64,000 nucleotides of DNA from positions 3,350,001-3,414,000 of the forward strand of contig CM075993.1 in NCBI GenBank assembly GCA_038087875.1. Reading direction: 5' to 3'. Positions 48,909 to 63,535 of this stretch are shown here, piece after piece. Source of the stretch: Malacoraja senta (Eukaryota). A program made the translations under genes and the position numbers. Position 1 is the first letter of the stretch. Every line of letters starts with the position of its first letter. Below the pieces are notes generated by a model, which saw only the letters and a list, made by a program, of their open reading frames with translations, was not told the origin of the DNA and did not search any database.

Positions 48909-51529
48909 ACGACCGCGTATATGTCGTATCTCATCCCCCCCCCTCCCCTCAACGTCGGCCTGTACGTTGATAAATGTCCTATCCTATGTCCATTTGAAGC
49001 TTGGTGTGGTAAAGTTGATGCTACCCTTGTTGGCCTAGATGTTACCCTTGTTGGCCTAGCCCCGTCAAGTCCAGTACCAGTTGCCAAGGGACACAAGGGG
49101 ACCACGTCGAGACCATTTCATCTCTAAACTTATAAGATCATGGTCTATCACGCTGCCATTTTAACAAGCAGAGGACTCCAGTGAATATGGTTGCGAGTAC
49201 TTCCTAGAATGAAATAACTGGTCCTCAGTAGGGTCACGGTAGTGTTACAACCACATGCATGTGTTCATGAGGGACTTTTTCCCCGGGGTGGGTCTCACGA
49301 AGGGTCTCGCATCTGGAGATACCAGGACAGGTGATCAAAGGATTGGTCAAAGAGACAACTTTCAAAGAGTATCGCAAAGAAAGGGAGGGGAAAGGAATTT
49401 GCCAATTGAATTCCAGAACTTGGATTCCATGGGCTTGAAGGGAATGGACGCCAATGGGAGACAGATTGAAATGAGGGCCGTGCGAGGGGACAGAGTTGGG
49501 ATCTTGGAGGAGGTCTTTTACAGATAGGGAAAGGTAAGGGCACAAGATGCTTTGAGAACCAGAATGAGATTTTTCTTAATGTGCTGTGTCCATGCCGAGA
49601 CTCGACCTCAACCAAAGGCTCAACGTCAGGCAGCAGGCAAAGGTTTGAAGAGTGTATCAGACTTGATGGTTCAATGGGACTTGGTGTGAAGTGGGTTTTC
49701 AGCACCAGTGGATGCCCCCCTTCCCGATGGAAGTCAAAAAGCACCAGAACACCTGAGAGGTGAATGTGATCCCAAATGCCACTGGTCATGTTGTAGATGG
49801 AGGCGGGATGGATTTGCAAGGTGTGGAGGGTGAAGGTACATCGCTGAACATATTGACCTGGCTAGACCTTCCCCCATGGTCGACCCTATCTTCACCAACA
49901 TCAGTCACAAGATTCTCCAAATGGTCAGTCGTGGAAACACCTGCATCGCATGCTCCAGCGAGAAGGTTTCTAGCGATTGCCCTCATGCCCAAAGAGGGCG
50001 GACGGCCCCGAGTGAGGTGGAGAGAGGAATGTAGGAGCTAATTAACACAGAAAGATCATTCATTGTAATTGTAAGCGACTTTGCGTCAGAAGTGGATAGG
50101 ATGGGTTTGGAGGGATGTGGACCAAACGCGGGCAGGTGGGACTAGTGTAGCTAGTGGGACATGTTGGGCAGTATGGGCAAGTGTAGCTAGTGGGACATGT
50201 TGGCCAGTATGGGCAAGTTGGGCTGAAGGGCCTGTTCCCACGCTGTATGACTATGACTAAGTGATATTGGAAACTTGTTCTGGTGCAAGTAGTTCTAGAC
50301 CATCGGAGCTTTAAGAGGATAAACCGATCAGACAGCAAGTGATTTGTAAATGTACAGAGACTTGCTTCACAAGCTGAAATGTCGATATGTGTGTGGGTAC
50401 TTGTTCTAATAGACAAATAAAACTGCACCTCGTTTCATCAGTTGCAGTAGAATTAGGCCATTCGGCCCATCAAGTCTATTCTGCCATTCAATCATGGCTG
50501 ATCTATCTTTCCCACCCCACCCCATTCTCCTGCCTTCTCCCCATAACCCGACACCCACATTAATCAAGAATCTATCTAACTCTGCCTTAAATATATCCAT
50601 TGACTTGGCCTCCACAGCCTTCTGTGGCAATGAATTCTTCAGATTCACCACCCTCTGGCTAAAGAAATGACTCCTTCTTAAAAGAACGTTCTTTTATTTT
50701 GAGGCTGTGACCTCTGGTCCAAGACTCTCCCACCAGTGGAAACATCCTCTCCACATCCACTCTATCCAGGCCATTGTTTCATTCGATCTAAACCATGCTG
50801 TGGATCTGTGTGGATGTTGTACTTTGCAGATAGACATAAAAAGCTGGTGTAACTCAGCGGGACAGGCCATCTCTCTGGAGAGAAGGAACGGGTGATGTTT
50901 CGGGTCGACAAGTCTGAAAAAGTGTCTGCAGAGTTGTTGCCTGTCCCGCTGAGTTACTCCAGCATTTTGTGTTCATCTTTGGTGTAAACCAGCATCTGCA
51001 GTTCCTTCCCACCCACGCCGCACATTGCACCTGTTTCTGCTTCGAGAAAGGGTTTGTTCTTGTATTCACATCATTTACAAGCTATCCGAGTCTTTAAAAC
51101 CATCTCAAAGTAACTCACGGCTGACATCATATCCTCGTCTCGAAGAAAATGTCATCTTGTGACTCAATGTGGTGGAATCGTGTGTTGTTGCCTTGACAGT
51201 CCCCACTGGATTAACTTCTGGAATACATTCATGATCACACCACACTTTGATATTCCCTTGAACATGTCTTGCAGGAATTAAGTGATTTATGAGCATGCTT
51301 GTGTGAGAGACCTCTGAGTGACGTATGTGTCCCCCATCTCTCCGACATCCTGCGTCTAAATGTCAGCCTTGTTGGGTTGTGCTAACGTGCCAACCGGACC
51401 GTGCTGTTTAACATGTTTCTCTTCACATCCTGAATCAGAATGTTGCTTCTGACTCATCTCTTTCCCTTCCATTCTCCCTCAAGCTTTGGCTGAATTCAGT
51501 GGAGTTATGTTCTAAGTCTATTGTGTATT

Positions 51530-52960
51530 AGTAACTCTGTGCTGGTAACTGCAAACTAGCAATTCTGCACCAGTAACTACCCACTAGTAACTAACTGCCA
51601 GTAACTACCCACCAGGTATTCTGCACTAGTAAGTCCCCACTAGTAACCCCTCACCAGTAACTCTGCACCAATAACTACCACTAGTAACTCCACGGCAGTA
51701 ACTCTGCACTAGTAACAACCCACCAGTAACTGCACTAGTAACTACACACGAGTAACTCCACATTAATTACTCCTCACCAGTAACTCTACACTAATAACTA
51801 CCACTGATAACTCCTCACCAGTAACTGCACTAGTAACTACCCACTAGTAACTCCGCACTAGTAACTCTGCACTAGTAACAACTCACTAGTAACTAGCCAC
51901 TAGTAACTGCACTAGTAACATCCCACTAGTAACTCTGCAACAGAAACACCACACTAGTAATTCTGCCTCAGTAACTATCCATTGCATTAATAACTACCCA
52001 CTAGTAACTCTGCACTAGTAACTCTGCGCTAGTAACAACTCACTAGTAATTGCCCACTAGTGGCTTTGCACTAACTATCCACTAGTAACTCCTTACCAGT
52101 AACTCAGCACCAGTGATTCTGCACTAGTATCTACTCACTAGTAACTCTGCACTAGTAACCCCATACCAGTAACTAGCCACTAGTAACTGCATTAGTAACC
52201 CCACACTAGTAACTAGTCACTAGTAACTGCACTAGTAACCCCACACCAGTAACTAGCCACTAGTAACTCTGCACTAGTAACCCCACACCAGTAACTAGCC
52301 ACTAGTAACTGCATTAGTAACCCCACACTAGTAACTAGTCACTGAACTAGTAACCCCACACCATTAACTAGCCACTAGTAACTCTGCACTAGTAACCCCA
52401 CACCAGTAACTAGCCACTAGTAACTCTGCACTAGTAACCCCACACCAGTAACTAGCCACTAGTAACTGCATTAGTAACCCCACACTAGTAACTAGTCACT
52501 GAACTAGTAACCCCACACCAGTAACTAGCCACTAGTAACTCTGCACTAGTAACCCCACACCAGTAACTAGCCACTAGTAACTGCACTAGTAACTCCACAC
52601 CAGTAACTAGCCACTAGTAACTGCATTAGTAACCTCACACTAGTAACTAGTCACTAGTAACTGCACTAGTAACCCCACACCAGTAACTAGTCACTAGTAA
52701 CTGCACTAGTAACCCCACACCAGTAACTAGCCACTAGTAACTGCACTAGTAACCCCACACCAGTAACTAGCCACTAGTAACTCTGTACTAGTAACCCCAC
52801 ACCAGTAACTAGCCACTAGTAACTCTGCACTAGTAACCCCACACCAGTAACTAGCCACCAGTAACTGCACTAGTAACATCCCACTAGTAACTCTGCAACA
52901 GAAACACCGCACTAGTGATTCTGCCCCAGTAACTAACCACTAGTAACCACACCACTGACT
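51530..52960. repeat. ~1.4-kb minisatellite of 12-14-bp ACTAGTAAC-core units
   Basis: Units CACTAGTAACTG / CACCAGTAACTAGC / ACTAGTAACCCCAC, homogenised centrally into a ~39-41-bp higher-order repeat. Confidence 0.95.
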
Positions 52961-53499
52961 CCACACTCAAAAACAAGGCGGCATAGCTTTAATGTGGGAG
53001 GTTTGAAATTTAACGGGGATCTTAGGAGGACGTTATTTTACAGACAGATAATGGTTGACATCTAGAACTTGCCTCTAGGGCTGGTGGAATCAGATACAGT
53101 TCCCAAGTTTAAGAGTAATTTGGATACACACTTTAGTAGACAAAATAAATAAGGATACGGTCCTAATGAGGGCATATAAGATTACTGTAGATGGGCAAAT
53201 TGGCTGGCATGGATGAGGTGGGCTGAAGGGCCTGTTTCTGTATGACTATGTCATCAATGGGTGCCTGGGTCCAATGAGACTGAAGACAAGGGAAGTGTGA
53301 GTGGCAACCATGATATGATGACAAACAATGTTTGGTTTCAGCAGTGCAGAAACAGGCCCTTTGGCCCATCTCATGCATGCCGGCCATTTTGCCCCATCTG
53401 CAGTAATCCCATCTTCTACTTGGTGTGGTACAGATGGCTCTAGCAATGTGGTATCTAGTTTTGGTCAGCACAGATGGCTGGAGATCTCACGGTCTTGAA

Positions 53500-54060
53500 G
53501 GACTAAAGTTTAAGGTGAAGGGTACAAGATTTAATAGGAATCAGAGGGGTAACGTTTGCACACAAACGGCGGTGGAACAAGCTGCCGGAGGAGGTAGTTG
53601 AGGCAGGGACTATCCCAACGTTTAAGACACAGTTAGACAGGTACATGGATAGGACAGGTTTAGAGGGATATGAATTAAACGCGGGCAGGTGAGACTAGGG
53701 GTGATTTTATTGAGGTGTATAAAATCATAAGAGGAATAGATCGGGTAGATGCGCAGAGTCTCTTGCCCAGAGTAGGTGAATTGAGGACCAGAGGACATAG
53801 GTTTAAGGTGAAGGGGAAAAGATTTAATAGGAGTCTGAGGGGTAACATTTTCACACAAAGGGTGGTGGGTGTATGGAACGAGCTGCCGGAGGAGGTAGTT
53901 GAGGCAGGGACTATCCCAACATTTCAGACACAGTTAGACATGGATAGGACAGGTTTAGAGGGATATGGACTAAACGCAGGCAGGTGGGACTAGTGTAGTT
54001 GGCCGGTGTGGGCAAGATGGGCCGAAGGGCCTGTTTCCACACTATATCACTCTATGACTT
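53500..54060 (+). mobile_element. Tandem CR1 3' fragments
   Basis: YKIIRGIDRVD...RTRGH...VGVWNELP peptide. Confidence 0.8.
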
Positions 54061-57000
54061 GGCAAGCAATGATGTCCAGTTTTAGAGCTTTTAGCAGTTA
54101 GCATAGTTTGAGATAATTTCACTGCAGGTCCAGTGGGAAAATGACTATTTTAAAATCATGAAGCAATTAGATTCTGAATAATTGAATGTATTAACTCAGA
54201 TGGATAAGATGATGGAGATGAAGTCCATCCGTGCGTGTGTCTTTAGATTGTACATGACATTTCAAAAGAATCAGATATTGACAGATGATGTTGAATGTCA
54301 ACTCAGGTGGATATCACGAATATCAGTCAATGGTTATATTTAAGGCAGAGATCGATAGATTCTTGATTAGTACGGGCGTCAGGGGTTATGGGGAGAAGGC
54401 AGGAGAATGGGGTTAGGAGGGAGAGATAGCTCAGCCAATTAGGTTAATGTTTGAGGAGCGTTTGATGGCTCTGGGCCGGTTCTCGCTGGAGTTTAGAAGG
54501 TTTTAGAGGGACCTCATGGAAACTTACCGAATAATGAAAGGTCTGGATAGAGTGGATGTGGAGAGGATGTTTCCACTAGCGGGAGAGTCCAGGACTAGAG
54601 GGCACAGCCAAAGAATAAAAGGCCTAATTCTTAGGAACATAGAATTGCCAATGTGGAGATTTAAGTTCAGCTGAGCCAAACGTTGTTGGCCGTTGTTGAT
54701 CTGATATCTTGTTTAAGGCAGTGGGAAGTCCTGGAGATCGCAGACCAACCCTGCTCCCAGAACCCTGCTCAACATTAAAACCAGTTACAGGGCCCACGGG
54801 CTGGCTGGCAAGCGACAGCGATTATTTATTGTTTAAGAAGGAACTGCAGATGCTGGAAAATCGATGGTAGACAAAAGTGCTGGAGAAACTCAGTGGGTGC
54901 AGCAGCGTCTATGGAGCGAAGGAAATAGGCAACGTTTCGGGCCGAAACCCTTCTTCAGAATATATTTATTTTGGTCAGCACAGATGGCTGGAGATCTCAC
55001 GGTCTTCAAGGACTAAGGTTTAAGGTGAAGGGGACAAGATTTAATAGGAATCAGAGGGGTAACTTTGAGGGGTACCTTGTTTATTTATGTTCAGCCACAG
55101 TTCATGCAATGTTGCCAGCATTGTTGGTTTGGTCACAGAATTATCAAGTGTCTTGCTTTGACTTGGTCACCATTGGTATGGCTTCCATTTCTGTGTGAAT
55201 CAGAATCCTTCCGAACAGAATAGTTGTGGTGAGCCTCCATTCAGAGTGTGTAAACACTTTGCTTTGTGTATCAATGTGCAAGGTGTGTAAATGTTGAAAC
55301 TCAAATAAATCTTGCAAATATCGTTCTGTCTTGCGAAATTCTTTATCTGTTGAAATCCCACTTCTTCCCCTGTTGTGCCTTGCTACCATCAGGATGCCGT
55401 TTTTCACTCGGGAACCTTGAAACACATGTGGCGCAGTTGGCAGAGTCGCACAGTTGGTGGCTGCCTCACAACGCCGGAGACCCCGGTTCGATCCTGACCT
55501 CGGGTGCTGTCTGTGTGTGGAGTTGCACATTCCCCCCCCGTGACCGTGTGTGTTTTCTCCGGGTTCTCCGGTTTCCTCCCACATCCCAAAGACGCGTGGA
55601 TTGGCTTCTGTAAATTGCCCCAAATTGGGTTAATATTGGGTGATTGTTGGTCTGTGTGGACTTTGTCGACCGAAGGGCTTGTTTTCACGCTGTATCTCTG
55701 AAACTAAACCAGGTTTAATCTTGACCTCAGGTGCTGTCTGTGTGGAGTTTGAGCGTCCCTCCTTCAAGTTTCATCAGTTTTCTCCCAAATTGCCCCTAAT
55801 GCGCAAGAAGTGGGATAACATAGAACTAGTAAGAAAGGGTGATTGATGATCAGCATGGACATAGCCGGCCAAAGGTCTATTTCCATGCTGTATCTCTAAG
55901 CTAAACTGAAGGCCAATTGTTCTAGCAATTCACCACATCATGCAACAGTTTAGGTGCAGCAATAGCTGTAATGAAGTACATGTCACAAAAAAAACATGCT
56001 GAACGCAACTCTTTACAAATGCAGCAAAATCAGACTTATCCCGCACATCGTGGTTTCAACAAAGACACAACTGGCAATGTCCTTCTGGAGACATTCGTGG
56101 ACAAACTTGGACTGTTTTCTCATGAACTCTGGAGATTGAGGGGTGACCCGATAGAAGTAAGGGCGGCACGGTGGCGCAGCGGTGGAGTTGCTGCCTCACA
56201 GCGCCAGAGACCCGGGTTCGATCCTGCCCACGGGTGCTGTCTGTGCGGAGTTTTACGTTCTCCCCGTGACCTGCGTGGTTTTTAGGTCGGCACATGGATA
56301 TGGAGGGATATGGATTACCTGCAGGCGGATGAGATCAGTTTAACCTGGTATCATGCTCGGCACAGACATTGCGGGCCGAAGGGCCTGTTCCGGTGCCATG
56401 CTATTTTACGTTTGAACATGGAAGTAAAGGGCTGAGTGATGTTTCATGCCAAGACCATGCATTGGGATTTGACGTAGAATTATTCCACAATGCACGGGCT
56501 GAAACAGAGGGTAGAAAATGGAAAAGAGAAATACAGCTTGCTGTGCAAACAAATCAGCAGAGCAATATTATTTGCTATATTGAACCACATATAATAGTGA
56601 CAAGCAAGCTCCAGCCTCCTACAATAAATAAGCTTGTCCAGGATTGGCTTGAGGAGAACGCTCCTTAAAGAGTTGAGAGCTCCATTCATTTCTGTTTGTT
56701 CAAAATATTTGTAATGCAGCAACTGGTTACGATTGTCCTTTTTTCCTGAATGTTTCCGCTATCTTGCTTTTCTTGTTCAGAAGATAGACACGAAAAGCTG
56801 GAGTAACTCAGCGGGACAGGCAGCATCTCTGGAGAGAAGGAACGGGTGATGTTTCGGGGTCTCTGACCCTTCTTCAGACTGAGAGTCAGGGGAGAGGGAA
56901 CGAAAGATATAGACGGTGATGTAGAGAGATGCAGAACAAATGAATGAAAGATATGGAAAAAAGTAACGATGATGGAGGAAACGGGACATTGTTAGCTTTT

Positions 57001-57160
57001 GCTAGGTGAGAACGAGAAGCTGGTGCGACATCAGTCAGAGGAAGGGTCTCGACCCGAAACGTCACCCATTCCTTCTCTCCAGAGATGCTGCCTGTCCCGC
57101 TGAGTTACTCCAGCTTTTTGTGTCTGTCTTAAACCAGCTTCTGCAGTTCCGTCCCACACA

Positions 57161-57742
57161 TTATTTCTTGTTCAGGTTCATCCTGTGCATGTTGAAGGGT
57201 CTGGGAGACAGGAGGAGAGAGCACTTGACTGCCGATGACATCGTCCTTCCTTGTGGCTTCTCCCTCTCGCTCTGGACATCGGATGCGGAGTAGAAGTCGA
57301 GGGAGGGCCTGAGCGGTGAGACGGGGCGGCTGGGCCTGGGGGGAGATGGTGTCCTGCTGGGGGGAGGGGGGACGGGGACCTGTCTGGCGTGCTGGCTCCC
57401 TTTGGCCACAGCGGGCTTGTCGACGCGCCGCCGAGCCACGCCTCTGGGCGGAGGGACAATTCGGCCCCGAGGGGACTCTGGTCGGACGGCACGGCTCCAA
57501 GTAGCCGTGGCCAGATCTCACGCCGAGTCCACCGGCCTCAGCAGACGAGCCCAGGTCTTCCCTTCGGTACGGGGAGAGGTCTCTGCCTCTTCGGTTGAAA
57601 GGTTTGAACTCCTGGAACGAGTGGGCAGCCCAAGGGCTGGACTGCCGCCCGTCTGAAGTCCTCGGTTCCAGCCCGGTCAAGGCAAGAGATGAAGCTTGGC
57701 GACTCCAGTCTTTCTCCAGAAGATGCTGACCCCCAGCTTGAG
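57161..57742 (-). CDS. Probable terminal exon (Pro/Ser-rich tail) of the coiled-coil gene; reading frame ambiguous
   Basis: Acceptor CTTTTCTCACCCAACAG and GC-rich unique sequence. Spliced as written, it stops at 57538. A different frame gives a protein-like end (...LLLSPRPFNMHRMNLNKK*) at 57161. Confidence 0.5.
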
Positions 57743-57829
57743 CTGTTGGGTGAGAAAAGAGTTGGCGGGGGTGGGTGGGAGGGGGGTGGGTGGGTGGGTG
57801 TGGGGGGGGGGGGAGAGTTGGTACCAATG

Positions 57830-58324
57830 ACAATAGACAACAGGCAATAGACAATAGACAATAGGTGCAGGAGTAGGCCATTTGGCCCTTTCGAGCCAGC
57901 ACCGCCATTCAATGTGATCATGGCTGATCATCCCCAATCAGTACCCCGTTCCTGCCTTCTCCCCATATCCCTGACTCCGCTATTTTTAAGAGCCCTATCT
58001 AGCTCTCTCTTGAAAGCATCCAGAGAACCTGCCTCCACCGCCCTCTGAGGCAGAGAATTCCACAGACTCACCACTCTCTGTGAGAAAAAGTGTTTCCTCG
58101 TCTCCGTTCTAAATGGCTTACACCTTATTCTGAAACTGTGGCCCCTGGTTCTGGACTCCCCCAACATCGGGAACATGTTTCTGCCTCTAGCGTGTCCAAA
58201 CCTTAACAATCTTATATGTTTCAATGAGATACCCTCTCATCCTTCTAAACTCCAGAGTGTACAAGCCCAGCTGCTCCATTCTCTCAGCATATGACAGTCC
58301 CGCCATCCCGGGAATTAACCTTGT
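57830..58324 (-). mobile_element. CR1 3' fragment
   Basis: CR1 C-terminal peptide and (CTATTGT)n tail. Confidence 0.85.
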
Positions 58325-58398
58325 ATTGGTCAAAGTTAGCCTTAGAACAAGAGGTCGCAGGCCTACAAGGCGAGCGGCAGAGATCGGGGCAGCGTTAC

Positions 58399-58460
58399 CT
58401 TTCACTAGGGTCTTCATTCTTGTGTTTCAGCGATTCCATTTCACAAGCCATGGTGGCCAT
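58399..58460 (-). CDS. Short internal exon of the coiled-coil protein gene
   Basis: Acceptor TTCTCCTTTCAG, donor AAG|GTAACG. 62 nt, encoding MATMACEMESLKHKNED, which continues the coiled coil. Confidence 0.6.
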
Positions 58461-58797
58461 CTGAAAGGAGAACAGGCAGCAGATTTAGCAGGTCGCCACT
58501 TTGTGTTAGCGTCTCGGCAATGCCCTTCAAATGGGAGCCTCAGATTTTCTTTAAAAAACTGAATCAAAGGTGACGGAAACAATTCTTTCAGAAGGAGCAA
58601 ACCCCCCCCCCCCCCAACCCAAACTGCCCAGAGGAACTCAATGGGCAAGAGTGGTTTATCGCACTATCTCAGTATCATTCCCCATTGAGTCTTTATCACA
58701 GCATTTCATTCACCCTCGACTAAATGTTCTCATGATATTTTGGTAACAACACAATCTAACTCTATATTGCATAAAAACGGGGCTCAAATCTCCATAA

Positions 58798-59026
58798 AGG
58801 GCCCGTCCCACTTGGCGATTTTTTTCGGCGACTGCCGGCATCATTGACTGACGTATCGGGGTCGGCAAAAGATTTTGAACATTTCAAAATCCAGCGGCGA
58901 CAAAAAAAATCGCGACACTCGAGGAAACGCCGCGGCTTTTGCACGCCACGACTTTTTCGGTGACCTGATACGTCAGTCAATGATGACAGGCAGTCGCCGA
59001 AAAAATCGCCAAGTGGGTCAGGCCCT
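58798..59026. mobile_element. PIF/Harbinger-like MITE
   Basis: TIR AGGGCCCGTCCCACTTGGCG / CGCCAAGTGGGTCAGGCCCT with TAA/TTA flanks. Confidence 0.75.
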
Positions 59027-59634
59027 TTAATATAGCAGGAATCCATGTTGCTTGATGCAAATAAGTGCTGGCAAATTGAAGTACAGTAAATATATATAGA
59101 ATTTTAGTTCTTGCAGAACAGTAGCTAAATTGGCAACACAAAATCAAGTTACAGTTCAACACTTGCCTAGGGAAATCCACCAGTGTTGCCATTTATAAAT
59201 TTATGATCCCACTAGCTCGTCTGGTCTTCCCTAAAAGGTCATATTACAGTAAATTTGGGAAATATCCTGCTACTTTGAAATTAGAAAACTGTCGGTAGAG
59301 AGAAGAAAACACATCGCATTTCCAGCTCCACTGACATTAAAACCAATAAGAGCTAACTCACCACTTTCATGGCAATGCCTTTTATAAGGATCGAAAACAA
59401 TATTTAAATATCTGAATAAATTAAGTCATTCACCCTTCATTCACCCCACTAGTTTCATTCACCCCAAAATAATTTCAGGCGCCCTTGGGTGAACCATTCA
59501 CCAGTTTAAGAAGCACTGGTTTATTGTCATGTGTCCCAGATACAACAATGACATTCTTACTTGCAGCAGCACAACAGAACATGTAAACTTAGAACTTTGT
59601 AAACAATGTACCAAATAAAAAGTCCAGTTTATAT

Positions 59635-60410
<776 letters not shown>

Positions 60411-61037
60411 CGTGGTACCTCAGGACATGTGACAATAAACTAAAGTGAATATACCTACATAAAACAAACAAACAAGCAATAGCAGTGCAAAAAGACAAAA
60501 TCAATGTCCCTGTCTGTGTAGTTCAGAGCACACGTATTTGGAGGTTGTAGTGTTTAATCGCCCGATGGCATGTAGTGTATTCCTGAACCTGGACGTTACA
60601 GTTTTCAAGCTCCTGTATCATCTTGCTGGGAAAGGGGAGAAGAGGGAGTGGCCAGGGTGCGACTCGTCCTTGATTATGCTGCTGGCCTTGCCGAGGCAGC
60701 GCGAGCTATAAATAGAGTCAATGGAAGGGAGTAAGAAAGAACTGGTTTAAATTGAAGGTAGTCACAAAATGCTGGAGGAACTCAGTGGGTGAGGCAGCAT
60801 CTCTGGAGAGAAGGAATGAGCGGCGTTTCGGTTCGAGACCCTTCTTCAGACTCTTCTCTCCAGAGATGCTACCTCACCCGCTGAGTTACTCCAGCATTTT
60901 GTGTCTACCTTCAATGGAAGGGAGGTTGGTTTGCCTGACGGTCTGGGCTGCGTCCACAATTCGCCGCATTTTCTTGCAGTCTTGGATGGGGCTGTTCCCA
61001 AACCAAGCTGCCATGCATGCCGATAAAATGCGATCAC

Positions 61038-61193
61038 CTTTTGTCTTTTGCTGTCGAGCTGATGCTGCAGCTGATGCATTTCCTCCTGCAGCTGGTGGAA
61101 GTTCTGGCAAGTGGCACGTTCCTTCAACCGGTGGCTCTGCCTCTCCAGAGCCCGCTGCTCCTCCTCCTGAGTCTTCACCATTTCTCCCACATT
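61038..61193 (-). CDS. Internal exon of the coiled-coil protein gene
   Basis: Acceptor TTTTGCTTGTGGCAG, donor AAG|GTGATC. 156 nt, phase 0-0. E/Q/K/R-rich heptad-like peptide NVGEMVKTQEEEQRALERQSHRLKER...LQEEMHQLQHQLDSKRQK. Confidence 0.7.
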
Positions 61194-61960
61194 CTGCCAC
61201 AAGCAAAAAGGTCACCACAGTCAGTCAAACACGACCTACTGTCATGTAGTACTTTCCAATCTAATGCCTTGGAACTGCTAGCAAGAAACTATTAAAAAAC
61301 TGCAGATGCCAAAAATCTGAAACAAAAAACAACAAGTGGTGGAAACACTCAACATAAATTTAGAAAAAATTAGGAGTGACATCATCGAACCCTTGGTTAA
61401 ATTTGATAGAACTTGGGGAAGCTTTATTCAACATTTTCACACGATATAAATTGTCCCCTCTCCAAACGTTATAATAATTCTTTTACCTTTATTCGGTGGA
61501 ACGGACTTGACGACAAACAGGGATTTAAATTGTTGAAATTCTTTGTAGCCCAGATTTTGTTTTGCTTTTTTTTTTAAGTTTAGGGGGGTTTTGTTTTTCT
61601 ATTTTTTCTCTTTTTTTCTTTTTTTTTTCTTTTTATCTTTTTGTTTTTTATATACATACAAGTTATCTTTTAAACACTTAACTATATTTACATAGAGACC
61701 GGGAGGTCTATATCCAATGTGTATTTTGACACTGGACTCATACTTAGGTTATACCTGTTATTAATGTTATCCTGATCCCTATGTATCAATATCGCTGTCA
61801 TGTTTATCATTATTGGGGGGGTGTTGTTTTGTTTTTGTTTTTGAAAAAAATTAATAAAGAGATTTTAAAAGAAAGAAAGAAACACTCAACAGGTCAGTCT
61901 GCACCTGCGGAGAGAGAATGTGTAGGAAGGAACTGCAGATGCTGGTTATTAACCGTAGAT

Positions 61961-62155
61961 CAGTGGTTCTTAGCCCTTTTGGCACCAGTACGCGCGTATG
62001 TGAACAAAATACTGTGTGTGGTATGTACCTTTGTTAGGTTCCTAATCATGGGCTCAACAAATTGATATGTTATTTGTGTCTCCTTCATGACCCCTAGCAA
62101 AGCCCCAAACGACCCCCATAGGGGGGGTCACAACCCCCCAGGTTAAGAACCACTA
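61961..62155. mobile_element. hAT (Charlie-like) MITE
   Basis: TIR CAGTGGTTCTTA / TAAGAACCACTA with an 8-bp TSD CCGTAGAT/CTGTAGAT. Confidence 0.75.
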
Positions 62156-63087
62156 CTGTAGATGGACACAAAGTGCTGGGGTAACTCAGCGGGTCATAAG
62201 TCATAACATCATAAGCGATAGGAGTAGAATTAGGTCATTCGGCCCATCAGGTCTACTCTGCCATTCAATCATGGCTGGTCTATCTTCTTGAGGAGAAGAA
62301 GGAGAAGACCCTTCTTGAAGAAGGAGAAGACCTCGACCCGAAACGTCACCCATTCCTTCTCTCCAGAGATACGGCCCGTCCCGCTGAGTTGCTCCAGCAT
62401 TTTGTGCCTACCTGTGACCCATTGTTGGCTGGGGAAGGAGGATACAAGGATGTGAACAGTGGAACTGGTAGGATGACTAGGGTGGGGGAGAGAGGGTGGG
62501 GAATGCAGGATAGTCCGTGTGAATATTGGTGTCTCATTGTGCGGGGAATCTACACAACTCACCTCGGTGAGGCTCTGTATTCAGCAGCCACACGGCGAGG
62601 GCTACATTAGTATTGCAAACTTATTAAAGGAGCACTGAAAGTCCAGAGACAATGAGCGACTTGTCTATCGCCAGCGATGTACTGTAACTCAACCCCTCTG
62701 TCCTACTTTTCTCGAGGAAACTGAGCCCTTGGTGACTACTTTCAGCTAAACTATGGTTCAATTTATCCGACGGAAGAATGCTCGCACATTCCCTTCCAAA
62801 TTCTCTGCTTCTGTTGCTATGGAAGCAAGATTTTTTTTATTTAAAAAAAATTAATTCAATCAGAATAGTTGTTTGCCTGCAAGTGGAGTGCGGAGCTCTC
62901 AACATTGGCCCATTTCCTTTATCATCGTTTTTTTTTCCACATCTTCCATTCATTAATCGTTACCTCTCTCCATCATCATCTATATCTCTCGTTTCCCTTT
63001 CCCCTGACTTTCAGTCTGAAGGAGGGTCTCGACCCGATACGCCACCCATTTCTTCTCTCCAGAGATGCTGCCTGTCCCGCTGAGTTA

Positions 63088-63477
63088 TGGCCCTGTCCCA
63101 CTTAGGAGACCTAAACGGCAAACTCTGGTGACCTTGCCCGCCACCCAAAAAAAAATCAAGGTGGAGGTGACCTGCAACCTCCTACCACCTCCCACGCATT
63201 TGTTGAAAACCTTCCTCGACTATGAAGAAAACCGGCTTCGACTAGACCCGCGACTAAAAAATGATCGATTTTTAAAACGGCAACCTATTTTTAGTCGAGG
63301 CCGGTTATAATCACGATGAAAAAATAGCAGCAACCGAGATGAAGCCTCGACCACGCGGAAACCATTTTCGACCATTAGGGAGAGTGATCAAAACCTCCTG
63401 TGACCTCATGGAAACCTTGGGTGGCTGGCAAGGTCACCAGAGGTTGCTGTTTAGGTCTCCTAAGTGGGACAGGGGCT
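63088..63477. mobile_element. PIF/Harbinger-like MITE inserted in a Penelope terminal repeat
   Basis: TIR GGCCCTGTCCCACTTAGGAGACC / GGTCTCCTAAGTGGGACAGGGGC. It splits GCTGAGTTA|CTCCAGC. Confidence 0.75.
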
Positions 63478-63535
63478 TAACTCCAGCATTTTGCATCTAG
63501 CTCCCATGAGACAGATCATTGTGCAACATGTTTAC

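Noticed and set aside
49234..50041. Additional host exons after the synaptotagmin stop
   Set aside because: No coherent splice or frame pattern; it looks like a decayed LINE fragment, but the family could not be assigned confidently.
51530..52960. CRISPR-like array
   Set aside because: No unique spacers, no cas genes, eukaryotic context; it is a minisatellite. The same applies to 4320-4817.
57538..57540. Selenocysteine or readthrough TGA (frame stays open ~120 codons beyond)
   Set aside because: No SECIS or readthrough context recognised; GC-rich sequence is stop-poor and frameshifts explain it more simply.
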